A stretch of 50,786 nt of DNA from Bradymonadia bacterium (GCA_046290225.1 JBKAGE010000011.1:1-50786); one strand, 5' to 3'. Shown: positions 9,003-19,117, counted from the stretch's first letter. Notes: generated by a model from the sequence alone, not told the origin. Translations and numbers: made by a program.

Positions 9003-9524
9003 TCAGAACGATTGTTGGGGGATCGGCTGACACATGCCATTGCCGCGAACCACCATGTTGATGCCCATACAGACAAGGCCCTGCGGGCAGTCCGGATCGG
9101 CTGTGCACGGCAGTGACATCGGCTGTGGCACCCCATCATCGGCCACTTCAGGTGGCGGGCCGGCGTCTGGTGGCATCAGCGGCATGGTCTCGGTGCAGGC
9201 CTCCTGCGTCAGGCAAGTCAGCGTATTCGGGCAGCACACCCACGGATCGGCGCAGCTGTCGATGCTGCTGCCACCGCTGCGATTGCAGGGGTTGCCTTCG
9301 ATGAGCACAGGCATGAAGCCATCACAGTAGTCGATGTCTTCGCAGTAGGGGACCGATGCTCCGATGGGGGGGATGCGTGGGTTGGTGCAACACACCGAGG
9401 GGTAGATGCAGTCAGGCCCCTGGCTGCAGGGGTTGCCCTCTACGATCGTCAGATCGCCACAGCCCCACGCACCCACCAGCGCCAGCATCAACGAAGACCA
9501 TTTCATCATCGTGAGCCCCCTCAA
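9003..9524 (-). CDS. Cys-rich lipoprotein
   Basis: Lipobox-like AWGC; repeated EGNPC...CC units; CTADPDCPQGLVC. Confidence 0.7.
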   Translation of the reverse strand: MRGLTMMKWSSLMLALVGAWGCGDLTIVEGNPCSQGPDCIYPSVCCTNPRIPPIGASVPYCEDIDYCDGFMPVLIEGNPCNRSGGSSIDSCADPWVCCPNTLTCLTQEACTETMPLMPPDAGPPPEVADDGVPQPMSLPCTADPDCPQGLVCMGINMVVRGNGMCQPIPQQSF

Positions 9525-10570
9525 ATCTCGATGTTCAGGCCGATGGAGGGCCCCCAGAGCAGGTAATCAGGGGGCCACAAGTTCGCGTCGTTGATTTCTG
9601 CGCTGAAGTAATTACCGATGAGGGGCAGCATGTAGTCCGCTCGAAAAGATGCGTATGGCTCGAGCACCATCAACTTGCCGATGGTGAACGGCCATGACCA
9701 GCGAATGTCCACCGAGCCAGCCATGGGTACGCCCCATTGCGTGCCAAAGGGGCCAAGATCGAGCCAGACCAGGCCCGTGATCGGGATGAAGTCACCGCTC
9801 ACCGTCCAGCAGGTGTCGTCGCAGGTCTTCATGAGGGCCCGCACGCCGATGGCCACCATGTTCATCTCGCCGTCCTGGATCGCGAAGCCGCGGCCGCGGT
9901 TGTCGCCGAAGCCGAGCACCACAGGCCGCTCGAAGGATGTATAGCGAGAGAAGACGCCAAAGCCATCTCGCCCTTCGTACGACTCGGGATCTCCGTCTTC
10001 ACCGAAGGAGCCCGCTTCGAGGGTGAGCAGGTTGGTCCGCCACTTCGCGCCATTACGAGAAGGGAACCACGGATCCCCGTTCCGGGTGGCGAACCGATAT
10101 GGATCGTCGATGACCCCCTCAAGCCGGCCGAACTCCACCCGCACATAAGGTGTCATGTCGTCGAAGAGGAAGTCGTCCATGTCGGGGCGTAGCTCTCCGG
10201 CGAGCAGCAGCAGTGCGTCTTGCGCCAGCGTGTTGCCCACGTTGTCTTCCACGACGCGGCGGGCGCCGGCGTCGAAGATGCTCTCGGAGACATAACTGAA
10301 GAAGAGATCGTGTCCGTAGGCCTGCACCCGCCCCCGGAGCTGACCTACGTTCCCTTTTCCTGTGCCGATGGAGTCGATGGCGCGATCGACGCCGGTTTTG
10401 GACTGGCCCGTGAGATCGAGATCGATGTCGGTGATGCCAGCGCTGAGTCGAGCGAAGAACAGACCGATGTCGGCTTCGACGATGATCTCGTCGTCCGAGG
10501 CGTGTGATTCGGCCGGCAAAGCAAAAGTCCACAGCGCGAGTGCCGTGGCGGTGAGCATATGGGTGTGCAT
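9521..10570 (-). CDS. Exported protein, probable outer-membrane beta-barrel
   Basis: Signal peptide ending SHA; amphipathic beta strands; C-terminal WGPSIGLNIEI; GGAGG RBS. Confidence 0.6.
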   Translation of the reverse strand: MHTHMLTATALALWTFALPAESHASDDEIIVEADIGLFFARLSAGITDIDLDLTGQSKTGVDRAIDSIGTGKGNVGQLRGRVQAYGHDLFFSYVSESIFDAGARRVVEDNVGNTLAQDALLLLAGELRPDMDDFLFDDMTPYVRVEFGRLEGVIDDPYRFATRNGDPWFPSRNGAKWRTNLLTLEAGSFGEDGDPESYEGRDGFGVFSRYTSFERPVVLGFGDNRGRGFAIQDGEMNMVAIGVRALMKTCDDTCWTVSGDFIPITGLVWLDLGPFGTQWGVPMAGSVDIRWSWPFTIGKLMVLEPYASFRADYMLPLIGNYFSAEINDANLWPPDYLLWGPSIGLNIEI

Positions 10571-10618
10571 GATCCCTCCCTCAAGGGTCTGGGATCACGG
10601 TAGCAGAGAGGTGGGGAT

Positions 10619-11182
10619 TTAGAGAATGTCCACGCCGGTGGCCACCATGCGCAGCTCCACCTCGGGCACCTTGTCGATGGTGGTGCCTTCGTCCTTGGCG
10701 AAGTGAGCGCGGGCGGCCTCGGAGAGGGCCTTCAGCTCCACGACGCCTTCCACGGAGCACTCGCGACCGGCGACGTCTTTGGGCACGAAGAAGGCGTAAT
10801 CCTTGAAGGTGATGCGGGCAGACTGCTTGCCGTCGGCGGTCTTGATGGCCATCCAGCAGCCCTTCGCCTGGCAGACCTTGGAGATCTTGCCCTTCACCCG
10901 CACGGTCTTGCTGGCGTACTGCTTCGGCGACGCTGCGACGGTATCGAAGCTGATCTCTTTGTCAGCGCCAAGGGTGAAGGCTGCGCCGCGGTGCATGCCT
11001 GCCTTGCCCTGAGCGTGGCCGTGGTCGTGATCTTTGCCGTGGGCGTGATCGTGGGCCTTGCCACCGTGATCGTGGCTGTGCGTGTGGGGCTGGGAGCTGG
11101 GCTGCGAGCCCGGCTGAGAGCTCGGGGGATCAGCAAAGGCAGGGGAAGCGACGAGGGCGATGATGGCGATCCACTTGTACAT
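10619..11182 (-). CDS. DUF4920 family exported protein with a His-rich N-terminus
   Basis: KVCQAKGCWM and FKDYAFFVPKD signatures; signal peptide; HTHSHDHGGKAHDHAHGKDHDH tract. Confidence 0.85.
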   Translation of the reverse strand: MYKWIAIIALVASPAFADPPSSQPGSQPSSQPHTHSHDHGGKAHDHAHGKDHDHGHAQGKAGMHRGAAFTLGADKEISFDTVAASPKQYASKTVRVKGKISKVCQAKGCWMAIKTADGKQSARITFKDYAFFVPKDVAGRECSVEGVVELKALSEAARAHFAKDEGTTIDKVPEVELRMVATGVDIL

Positions 11183-11337
11183 GTGTCGTACCTCTGTGTT
11201 GACAGCTGCGTTCGTGCTGTGGGCCGATGTGGACCGACCACAGCCGCCCCCGATTCATTGGGGCGCGGATTTTGGTGCTCGTATTTACCGGGATCCGGCC
11301 GCCGGGTTCAAACCCGAAGACGGGGATGATGCTGTAA

Positions 11338-11390
11338 GAGGTCCTCACACAACGGCGGACCGAGCCAGGGAGGTGAGGCGTGAGGACCTC
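11338..11390. mobile_element. 53-bp MITE with 11-bp terminal inverted repeats and a TAA target duplication
   Basis: TAA-GAGGTCCTCAC...GTGAGGACCTC-TAA, with TAA at 11335-11337 and 11391-11393. Confidence 0.6.
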
Positions 11391-11435
11391 TAAGCGGTCG
11401 GTGGGGTTCGGTCTCGAAGACGTCGTCGGCGCGGA

Positions 11436-12806
11436 TCAGCCTTTGGCGATCTTGCGGCTGCCTCTCACCCGGGCGAGACCGCGGCGGCCCTCGTCGGCGA
11501 GCTCGGGCAGGGTGAGGGCCATCTCGTACATGCGCTCCGCCCAGTCCCATCGGCGGAGCTTCTCAGCGTGGCTCGCGACGTGGAGCGCGCACTGTGGATC
11601 GCGCATCAACGTCTGGGCAGGTTGCTCTACTCGGAGCAGCAGTTCGTCGAGCAAAGTCACCATCGAGAGCACGTCGTCGCGGTTGTGGTTCACCACTGAG
11701 ACCAGTGGGGCCGGATCTCCGCCATGGAGGAACGCGCGATAGATGCCGGGTACCTCGGCGCCGGGCACGTCGCCGTAGCGGATCACCTTCAAGATGTCGC
11801 GCTCGACGGTGGCGAGGCGGCAGTTTTCGAGGGTGTGCTTCACCATACGGCGCGAGGCTGGGAGCAGGTCGAGGTGGGGCGGTGACTTCGGCGCGGCCAT
11901 GTGGTGCGCTCGCATGCGGGTGACGAGCAGGGGCAGGTCGAAGCGACGCCCGTTGTAGGTCACCAGAGATTTTGCCGCTTCGATACGGGCGTGCACATCG
12001 GCGAGCATCGCCCGCTCGTGATCAGGGTTCTCGAGGAACCACTGCTCGAGCACCAGCACCCCGTCGACGAAGCGCGCTGCGCCCACCAAAAACCCCAAGG
12101 TGCCCATGGCGTTCTCGAGGCCCGTGGTCTCGATGTCGAGGAACAACGCCTCCCGGGGGTCGAAGTCGTCGAGCTCGGGCTGGCTGTAGAGCAACGCCGT
12201 GTCGGTCTTTGCCTGCCGAGCGAGAACTTGATGCAGGGGTCGATCGCCGTGCACCGCCTCTGGCCCGTACGGGGCCTCGATGAAGAGACAGCGTCCATCT
12301 TCGGTGACCTTCTCACGGGCGCCGATGAGACCGCGGATCGAAGGGTAGAGCGCCGGCGCCGGGCCACCGTGCAGAGGCATGGGCCCTTGCTCGGGCAGGG
12401 CGTCGAGGCCAGTGTCGCGTCGGAGCAGGGCCAGCCGACCGCGGACGCCGCTGGGCGCGGGCTCCGAGAGCTCGTCGGCGACGAGGGGAGGGCGGTGCTC
12501 CTCATGGCCGCGGCGCAGTGCTCGAGTATGACGGGCCACCGTGCGTCGCGCCGCCACGCCCATCTCCGGGGCCCGGCTCAGTCGCGTGAGGGGCCCTGGC
12601 GTCGTATTGGGGGACGCAGGCAGGGGGGTCACAGGTGCAGGGCGAGTGGTGGGTGTCGTGGAGGGTCGATTGGACTGGCCATCAGACGGGCCGCTGACCT
12701 GGCGATCACCGAGCAGGCGCTCGAGGCGTCGCCGGAGAGCCCCTTCCTGCCGTGCGCCTTCCTGGCGAGGCAGGGGCGTTTGATCGTCTTGTTGAGCGCC
12801 AGCCAC
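11436..12806 (-). CDS. RNase_H_2 / YprB (MrfB-like) DEDD exonuclease
   Basis: LFLDIETTGL, LVTYNGRRFDLP, HLDLL and HNRDDVLS; short TPR-like tail; long low-complexity N-terminus. Confidence 0.85.
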   Translation of the reverse strand: MAGAQQDDQTPLPRQEGARQEGALRRRLERLLGDRQVSGPSDGQSNRPSTTPTTRPAPVTPLPASPNTTPGPLTRLSRAPEMGVAARRTVARHTRALRRGHEEHRPPLVADELSEPAPSGVRGRLALLRRDTGLDALPEQGPMPLHGGPAPALYPSIRGLIGAREKVTEDGRCLFIEAPYGPEAVHGDRPLHQVLARQAKTDTALLYSQPELDDFDPREALFLDIETTGLENAMGTLGFLVGAARFVDGVLVLEQWFLENPDHERAMLADVHARIEAAKSLVTYNGRRFDLPLLVTRMRAHHMAAPKSPPHLDLLPASRRMVKHTLENCRLATVERDILKVIRYGDVPGAEVPGIYRAFLHGGDPAPLVSVVNHNRDDVLSMVTLLDELLLRVEQPAQTLMRDPQCALHVASHAEKLRRWDWAERMYEMALTLPELADEGRRGLARVRGSRKIAKG

Positions 12807-13047
12807 CGTGAATTTGCCTCGTTCTCACCCGCTCAGAGGTGTGTCTCGACACGCCGAACCAAGTCGACAATCTTGCCATGTCATGGGGCCGGGCCCAAAA
12901 AAACTCGTCTTTGGCGCAAACGCATTCACGACAATTGATTCGTGTTTTTGTGCGACTGAATTTGATGTCGTGCTTCTAAGTAGGCGTACACCGACCATTG
13001 CAGAGCACCCTCAGCCCGACCACGAGGGGTACAGGAGACGTACGTCC

Positions 13048-13440
13048 ATGGGCCGTCTGCGCGCTTTACAGATAGAACTCGACGACGACAAGACCTGTGT
13101 CGTCTGTGGCCGCCGGATCGAGTGGCGCCGGAAGTGGGCCGATCAGTGGCACGAGATCACGCGGTGCAGTGAGCGCTGTCGCAAGATGCGCCTCGACAAG
13201 ACCGACGAAGCCCTCGAAGAGGCGTTGATCGCCATGGCCCGAGCTCGAGGGCGACGGAAGAGCTTCATGCTCTCCGAGGCCGCTCAGAAGGTGTCCCCTC
13301 TGGGCTGGATGCCTCTGATGGAGCGTACGCTGATGGCCGCACGGCGGCTGGTGGCGCGGGGCGAGCTGCTCATGCTCCAGGGTGGTCGTGCCGTAGATCC
13401 GTCTACTGCCCGTGGTGCGGTTCACCTGAGGAGGCCTTGA
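13048..13440 (+). CDS. DUF2256-DUF3253 fusion protein
   Basis: KTCVVCGRRIEWRRKW..W..RCSERCR (DUF2256), then AARRLVARGE..QGGRAVDPSTARG (DUF3253). Start is ATG 13048. Confidence 0.85.
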   Translation: MGRLRALQIELDDDKTCVVCGRRIEWRRKWADQWHEITRCSERCRKMRLDKTDEALEEALIAMARARGRRKSFMLSEAAQKVSPLGWMPLMERTLMAARRLVARGELLMLQGGRAVDPSTARGAVHLRRP

Positions 13441-15751
13441 GGATGGTGTTGAGCAGCGACAGGCTCTGGGATCGACTGCGATCTGGCCCACCGGTGCAGG
13501 CCGGGCATCCATCAGCGCACGGGCAGGCGGCGAGCAACGCCGCCGAGGCCTCGAGGACCTGGGGCGCCACCTCGAAGAGGGCATCGTACAGGCCCACGCC
13601 TCCTGGCTGGCGTTCATAAACGAAGATCCACGGATCAGGCGTGGCCGGCGTCATGCCATCGTGTGAGAGAGGGCTCACCGTCTCTACCCCCAAATCAGCA
13701 GGATCACACATCAGATGCACCGCTGCCGTGGCCCGTAGAGCCTCGGCGACGCCAGCGAGGGCCATGGGCACCTCTCCTGGTGGCAGTGGCTGCGACCCGG
13801 CAGGCCGCAACCAGAACCCCGTCGTGTGCAGGGTGCGGGGATCGAGGTGTACGTCCCCTCGCCCCACCACCTCACCCGTGCTGAAGCGCACCCGCTTGAA
13901 GCCGATCACCTGCTCTGTGAGCTTGAGCTCGCCGCGGCCCGCCTCCATCACCCCCATGGGGCGTACCGCGTGGGTCTCCAGCACCGAGACGTCTCGATCG
14001 GCGTGGGCCTCGGTGTACCAGTCCACATCGGTGGGGATCGCCTCGGCGTGACGCCCTTGGAGATCGAGGGCGGTGATCTCGTAGGTCTTGCCATAGATCG
14101 TGTAGATGGCCCCGAGGTGCAGAGTAGACGGGGCGCGGTGGAACTCCACCTCGCCGAGGGGCTTGCCGCGATCACCGCCTCTGGGACCGCCGCCGTGCAC
14201 CACCATCACCCCGCCGTCGGCCATGCGCCTCAGGCTCACTCCACGGGCCGGGTAGTCCTCACCGGTCCACTGGTAGCGATCAGCCCCCGGATAGACCACA
14301 CGGTGATCGGCCAGGAACCCCAGGATCTCCTCTACATCTTCGGCGGCGCATCGACCAAAAGCGGCCCCACGAGGGATCGGCAGCTCGAAGGCGGCGCACT
14401 TGAGGTGATCAGCGAGGATGAGCAGGTTGTCAGCGTCGAGGCGGGCCTGCTCGGGGGCGCCCTCGAAGAAGAACTCCGGGTGCCCGGCGATGTATTGATC
14501 TACAGGGGCGCTCCGGGCGATGAGGACCACGGCCCCGGGCACACCAGATCGGCCCACTCGCCCCGCGCGCTGCAGCGCGCTGGCGATGGTGCCGGGATAG
14601 CCCGCCAGCACACAGGCTTCGAGCTGGCCGATGTCCACCCCGAGCTCCAGGGCGCTGGTGCTCACCACCGTGCGGATCTGTCCTGATCTCAGGCCGGCCT
14701 CCACTTGCCGCCGAAGCTCTGGCAGATAGCCTCCGCGGTAGCCCGCCACCGACTCCGGATCGAGCCCGAGCGCCTCGACGTCGGTCTTCAGCAGCTTCAC
14801 CAGCTGCTCCACCCGGGCCCGGCTGTCGGCGAAGACGATGGTGGGCACGCGGGCTTCGTGCAACGCCAGCGTCACCCGCCGTGCGGCCTGCAGATAGCTC
14901 GCCCTGATCCCACGCTCCGCATCCACCATAGGTGGGCGATAGATGTAGAGCGCTCGCCCTGCCGTGGGCCCCGTGCTCCGCAGCACGGGGAAGACCGGAC
15001 CTTCTAAGAGGGCCTCGGCATGGGCTCGAGGGTTGGCGATGGTGGCCGAGCAGAGCACATAGCGAGGATCAGTCTCGTGGAACGCGGTCACCCGACGCAG
15101 GCGGCGGATCACGTTGGCCACGTGGCTGCCGAAGACCCCTCGATACACATGACTCTCGTCGATCACCACATGACGCAGCCCGGCGAAGAGACCCCGCCAG
15201 CGGTCGTGCCGGGGCAGGATGCCGCTGTGCAGCATGTCGGGATTGGTGATGATCACGCGCCCTTGCTCGCGGATGCGTCGGCGAGCGTCTCGTGGGGTGT
15301 CACCATCATAGGTCTCCGCCGCCACCATCAGCCCACAGGCCTCGGCGAGGGCGTTGAAGGCCACCGCCTGGTCGTGGGCCAGGGCCTTCGTGGGGCAGAT
15401 GATGAGTGCCCGAGCCCCTGGATCGGTCATGAGCGCCGTGAGGATGGGCAGCGTGTAGATCAGACTCTTGCCACTCGCCGTGGGGGTGGCCACCACCACG
15501 TCAGCCCCTTCGTGCACTGCCTGTATCGCCTGGCGCTGATGCCGATACAGCCCGCTGATGCCCCGACGCTCCAGCGCGCGGATCAGCTGCTCTGGCAGCC
15601 AGTCCGGCCATGGGGTGATCTCTGCTGGCTGCTCTGGCTCTGCCCGGCGGGCCACGAAGGGCTCACCCTTTTGCGGATCTCGGGCCCAGGCGTCGAGCAG
15701 CTCGATGGCGCGGCGGCTCTGCATCGGCGGGCCGTTACTCCGGTGCGACAA
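13403..15751 (-). CDS. DEAD/DEAH helicase with DUF1998 (MrfA/YprA/Hrq1 family)
   Basis: TPTASGKS, PTKALAHDQ, DESH, SATI, SALELGVDIG, QRAGRVGR; C-terminal CPCADGCPAC Zn motif. Confidence 0.92.
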   Translation of the reverse strand: MSHRSNGPPMQSRRAIELLDAWARDPQKGEPFVARRAEPEQPAEITPWPDWLPEQLIRALERRGISGLYRHQRQAIQAVHEGADVVVATPTASGKSLIYTLPILTALMTDPGARALIICPTKALAHDQAVAFNALAEACGLMVAAETYDGDTPRDARRRIREQGRVIITNPDMLHSGILPRHDRWRGLFAGLRHVVIDESHVYRGVFGSHVANVIRRLRRVTAFHETDPRYVLCSATIANPRAHAEALLEGPVFPVLRSTGPTAGRALYIYRPPMVDAERGIRASYLQAARRVTLALHEARVPTIVFADSRARVEQLVKLLKTDVEALGLDPESVAGYRGGYLPELRRQVEAGLRSGQIRTVVSTSALELGVDIGQLEACVLAGYPGTIASALQRAGRVGRSGVPGAVVLIARSAPVDQYIAGHPEFFFEGAPEQARLDADNLLILADHLKCAAFELPIPRGAAFGRCAAEDVEEILGFLADHRVVYPGADRYQWTGEDYPARGVSLRRMADGGVMVVHGGGPRGGDRGKPLGEVEFHRAPSTLHLGAIYTIYGKTYEITALDLQGRHAEAIPTDVDWYTEAHADRDVSVLETHAVRPMGVMEAGRGELKLTEQVIGFKRVRFSTGEVVGRGDVHLDPRTLHTTGFWLRPAGSQPLPPGEVPMALAGVAEALRATAAVHLMCDPADLGVETVSPLSHDGMTPATPDPWIFVYERQPGGVGLYDALFEVAPQVLEASAALLAACPCADGCPACTGGPDRSRSQSLSLLNTILKASSGEPHHGQ

Positions 15752-16712
15752 AGCGGGCGATCCAGTCGTCGAAGTCGGCGTCGTCGGCGAGCTCCACCAG
15801 CACGGGAGCAGCGATGTCGATGATCTCGGTGCGCCACGCCTCGAGCACGTGCATCTCGGTGAGCAGATCTGCGGTGGTGCGATCGCCTTCGATCTCGAGC
15901 CAGACGTTCATCTCTTCGAGCAAAGCGTCGCGCAGCTCGGGCCGCGCGAGGTTGTGGGCGATCAGCCCCGGCAGGATCTCCATGAGATCGGCCCGGGGCA
16001 GGTTGTCGGCGCTCATCCGCCAGAGATCGTAGATGCGCTGCTCGAGGCCCTGCTCGAATGCGTTGAGCTTGGCGCGCCCCATCTGTCGAGCAGTCTCGGG
16101 GCTGGTGATCATCTGCACCACCCGGCTGATCATCATGTCCATCGAGTTGTCGATGAAGCTGCGAGCGGCCCGCTGAATCTGCGATTCGAACTGAGCGGTG
16201 ATGTTGCCCATGAGGCCCAGCCCCCGGCGCCCGCCGAAGAGGTTGCTGGGGTTGAAGGCCGAGATGAACTTCTCGATCGACTCCTTGACCACCGAGGTGA
16301 TCATCGACTTCACCCCGGGCTGCTGCACGAAACGCTCGACCTGGGCTTTCTCGAGGCGTACGGGCTTTGCCGCGAGGGCCCGCAGCTCGGCGATGGCTTC
16401 AGCGGTGAGCCAGTCGCGCAGGCGCTCTTCCTTACGGCCTTCGAGCCGCACCTCTTCACGGTCGAACCAGGGGCTCAGATGACGCTCGACGAGGGTCTCC
16501 AGCGCGCCTTCGTCGAGGGCGGCGTCGAGGTGCACCAGCACCCGCTCGGGCTTGAGAAACCGCCGGACGGGTTGCCGGCTGGCGAAGTCGAACACCAGCC
16601 CCACCAGGGCGCGGGCGGCGGCCTCGTCCCGGAGGGCGGCCTTGAAGGTCAGCTCGTTCATGCGTGCCTCGGAGATCTGTAAACTGCGAACAGCTATCAG
16701 GTCTGTGAGCAT
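15735..16712 (-). CDS. Hypothetical alpha-helical protein
   Basis: 325-aa ORF with GC3-rich codons, overlapping the helicase start. The start may be ATG 16661. Confidence 0.65.
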   Translation of the reverse strand: MLTDLIAVRSLQISEARMNELTFKAALRDEAAARALVGLVFDFASRQPVRRFLKPERVLVHLDAALDEGALETLVERHLSPWFDREEVRLEGRKEERLRDWLTAEAIAELRALAAKPVRLEKAQVERFVQQPGVKSMITSVVKESIEKFISAFNPSNLFGGRRGLGLMGNITAQFESQIQRAARSFIDNSMDMMISRVVQMITSPETARQMGRAKLNAFEQGLEQRIYDLWRMSADNLPRADLMEILPGLIAHNLARPELRDALLEEMNVWLEIEGDRTTADLLTEMHVLEAWRTEIIDIAAPVLVELADDADFDDWIARFVAPE

Positions 16713-16729
16713 AAACCAAGGAGCCCTTC

Positions 16730-17050
16730 GTGAAGATCGTGCTGTGCAATTGCCCCCCTGACGCGGCCCCCACCATCGCCCGAGCGGTGGTGGAGGCGGG
16801 TGTCGCCGCCTGCGTGAACCTGATCCCCGGAGTACGCAGCATCTACAGCTGGGAAGGTGAGATCTGCGATGACGTGGAGACCACGTTGCTGATCAAGACC
16901 AGCGAGGCACAAGTGGGCGCGTTGCGAGTGGCGTTACTGGAAGCACATCCCTACGATGTGCCGGAGGTGGTGGTGGTCGACGTGAACGACGAGGCGTCAC
17001 ACGGTCCGTACGTAGGTTGGGTTGTCGAGATGTGTACTCCCCGAGCGTGA
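16730..17050 (+). CDS. cutA: Divalent-cation tolerance protein CutA
   Basis: AACVNLIPGVRSIYSWEG, LLIKT and HPYDVPE; AAGGAG RBS. Confidence 0.93.
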   Translation: MKIVLCNCPPDAAPTIARAVVEAGVAACVNLIPGVRSIYSWEGEICDDVETTLLIKTSEAQVGALRVALLEAHPYDVPEVVVVDVNDEASHGPYVGWVVEMCTPRA

Positions 17051-17086
17051 TGTGCATCGTGAACGGAGTTTGGCTACCGTGTACCC

Positions 17087-17974
17087 ATGAGCCGAAACAC
17101 CCATCACTGGTGTCTCCTGGTGGGCTTGGTGGCCACGCTGGCGGCGTGCCCGGCCCCTGATCCGCCGCCGAACAATCAATACCCCTCGATGTCCGACGCC
17201 ATCAGCGATGTGCGGGCCTTGATCCCGGGCCTCGGCGGCCATGACCCGCACACTGGAGTGCCCATCTTCGGCGAAGGGGCATGCCGCATTGTCGACGAGC
17301 CGCTGAGCGGTGACGGACGAGAAGAGGTGCGCACGTACGATGACGAGGGTCGCCTGCTCACGCGCCAGACGGGCGTCGTAGGTGAGCCTGCGGAGTTCAC
17401 ATGGCGTATCGAGTGGGGCGCTGATGGCTTGCCCACCGTGTTCTCGAGCCAGTACCAGGACTTTGCCCCCAACGAGATGGACATCGAGCACGACGGAGAC
17501 GGGGTGCTGGTCAAGGTCGATCAGCGAGGTCGCGACAATCTGTGGGTCTACACCTACGCAGAGGGTCGGATCGCTCAGCTCGACTTTCAACTCGACGCTC
17601 AGGGCGCAGAGGGCTTTCGACTCGAATACACGTACGACTCGGAGGGGCAACTCGTCAGCAAGCAGGCGTGGAAGAGCTGGGGTATCTGGATCGACGTGGC
17701 ATACGACTACGATGATCAGGGACAGCTGAGCCGCAAAACCTTCATCGACGCCCTCGAGGAGGGCGACATCGTCGAGCACTATGTGTGGCGTGATGGCCGA
17801 GTCGTGGGGGTGAGTCGTCCGCTCGAAGGATGGTCCGACTCGATCGAGTACGACTCAGCAGGGCGAATCGAGACGATGTCGCGGACCTATGTGCCCAAGA
17901 TCGACGGAGAGCCGGCGCCAGACGCTGCTTATGTATCGCGCATCAGGCGTTTCGAATGGGGGTGTAGGGAGTAG
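17087..17974 (+). CDS. Lipoprotein with YD/RHS-like beta repeats
   Basis: Lipobox LAAC; repeats TYDDEGRL, YTYDSEGQL, YDYDDQGQL and EYDSAGRI. Confidence 0.75.
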   Translation: MSRNTHHWCLLVGLVATLAACPAPDPPPNNQYPSMSDAISDVRALIPGLGGHDPHTGVPIFGEGACRIVDEPLSGDGREEVRTYDDEGRLLTRQTGVVGEPAEFTWRIEWGADGLPTVFSSQYQDFAPNEMDIEHDGDGVLVKVDQRGRDNLWVYTYAEGRIAQLDFQLDAQGAEGFRLEYTYDSEGQLVSKQAWKSWGIWIDVAYDYDDQGQLSRKTFIDALEEGDIVEHYVWRDGRVVGVSRPLEGWSDSIEYDSAGRIETMSRTYVPKIDGEPAPDAAYVSRIRRFEWGCRE

Positions 17975-17977
17975 AGT

Positions 17978-19117
17978 TCAGTCACACCATCCATCGCCGT
18001 TGGTGTCGAGGCCGTAGATGTCGATGGTCCACTCGGTGCACACCCGGCCGGACAGATCATAGAAGATGATGTCGATGCCTTCGTCAGTATCGACGCTCAC
18101 CTGCAAACCTTCATCCGTGTCTTCCCAAGCAGTGCACTCCCGGCAGCCCATGTAGACGCCCTCTTCTTCGATGTCGTCATCGTCGAAGCCCTCGCCGATG
18201 TCGTCGTCGAAAGTGTTGTCGAGCAGATCGATGTCGTCGCACAGCTGCGCTGCATTGACCTTGTCGGCGAGGGTCTTGAGCAACGCATAGGTGCCTGCGG
18301 AGACCACGCCGAGGGTGGCCAGAGCGAGCGCCTGGCCGCCCACATAGATTGAGGGTGCCAGAATGACCGGATCGATGAGGCCGGCACCGATGGAGAGCGT
18401 GGTGGAGTTGCTCGAGATCAGAAACGCTGCATAGCCACCCACTGCGGTGGAGATGCTGCCAATGATGAAGTCATTGCCCAGATAGTCGACGAAGTGTTCA
18501 CAGAAGGTCTCCCGATCCGAGGCCGAGAAGAGCTCCAGATCGGCCTGCTCTCCACCAAGGTACACACCATCTGAGTCGTAGTGGCCCACAGTACGGCGGC
18601 TGGTGGTCACTTCGAGGAGGCTGTATCCCCGATGCTCTGCATCTACACGAGTGCTGCCGATCCGACGCTTGTATTTTCCGAGATACATGTCGAAGCGGCC
18701 AGTGGCCTCTCGATCTCCGTTGTCGATCGTGAACTCCGAGACTGTCTTGAAAGCCATCTGATGGCCGTTGATACAGCCACTGCCGCCATCACAGGCTTCA
18801 TCTTTGAGCATCACGACCTCAGATGTTTGTCTGAGTCGATCACCTGAGGACGAGCTGCTGGTGATGGTCGTGTAATACAGATCGCACACCTCTGCCTGCT
18901 CACACGGGCCGAACTGCTCCACCTCAACGCCATCGGTCAGGTTGCTCTCGATCCAGCTCTCAGATCGGCAAGCGTCATCGAACATGACCCGGTCGCCGAT
19001 GCATGATGTGGCCCGGACTGCATCCTGATTTAACAACGCCCCCGGGTTGCCGAGTTGGGCATGACTCTGGGTCGACACGCACGCGGCGAGCACAGTCAGT
19101 GTAAGGAACTTATACAT
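17978..19117 (-). CDS. Secreted acidic hypothetical protein with an internal hydrophobic region
   Basis: GGAG RBS before ATG 19117; signal peptide ending SHA; hydrophobic Gly/Ala stretch; Asp-rich tail ending DTNGDGWCD. Confidence 0.65.
   Translation of the reverse strand: MYKFLTLTVLAACVSTQSHAQLGNPGALLNQDAVRATSCIGDRVMFDDACRSESWIESNLTDGVEVEQFGPCEQAEVCDLYYTTITSSSSSGDRLRQTSEVVMLKDEACDGGSGCINGHQMAFKTVSEFTIDNGDREATGRFDMYLGKYKRRIGSTRVDAEHRGYSLLEVTTSRRTVGHYDSDGVYLGGEQADLELFSASDRETFCEHFVDYLGNDFIIGSISTAVGGYAAFLISSNSTTLSIGAGLIDPVILAPSIYVGGQALALATLGVVSAGTYALLKTLADKVNAAQLCDDIDLLDNTFDDDIGEGFDDDDIEEEGVYMGCRECTAWEDTDEGLQVSVDTDEGIDIIFYDLSGRVCTEWTIDIYGLDTNGDGWCD

Noticed and set aside
11301..11316. GGGTTCAAACCC as a tRNA T-arm
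   Set aside because: The stem and loop geometry is wrong and there is no surrounding cloverleaf or CCA.
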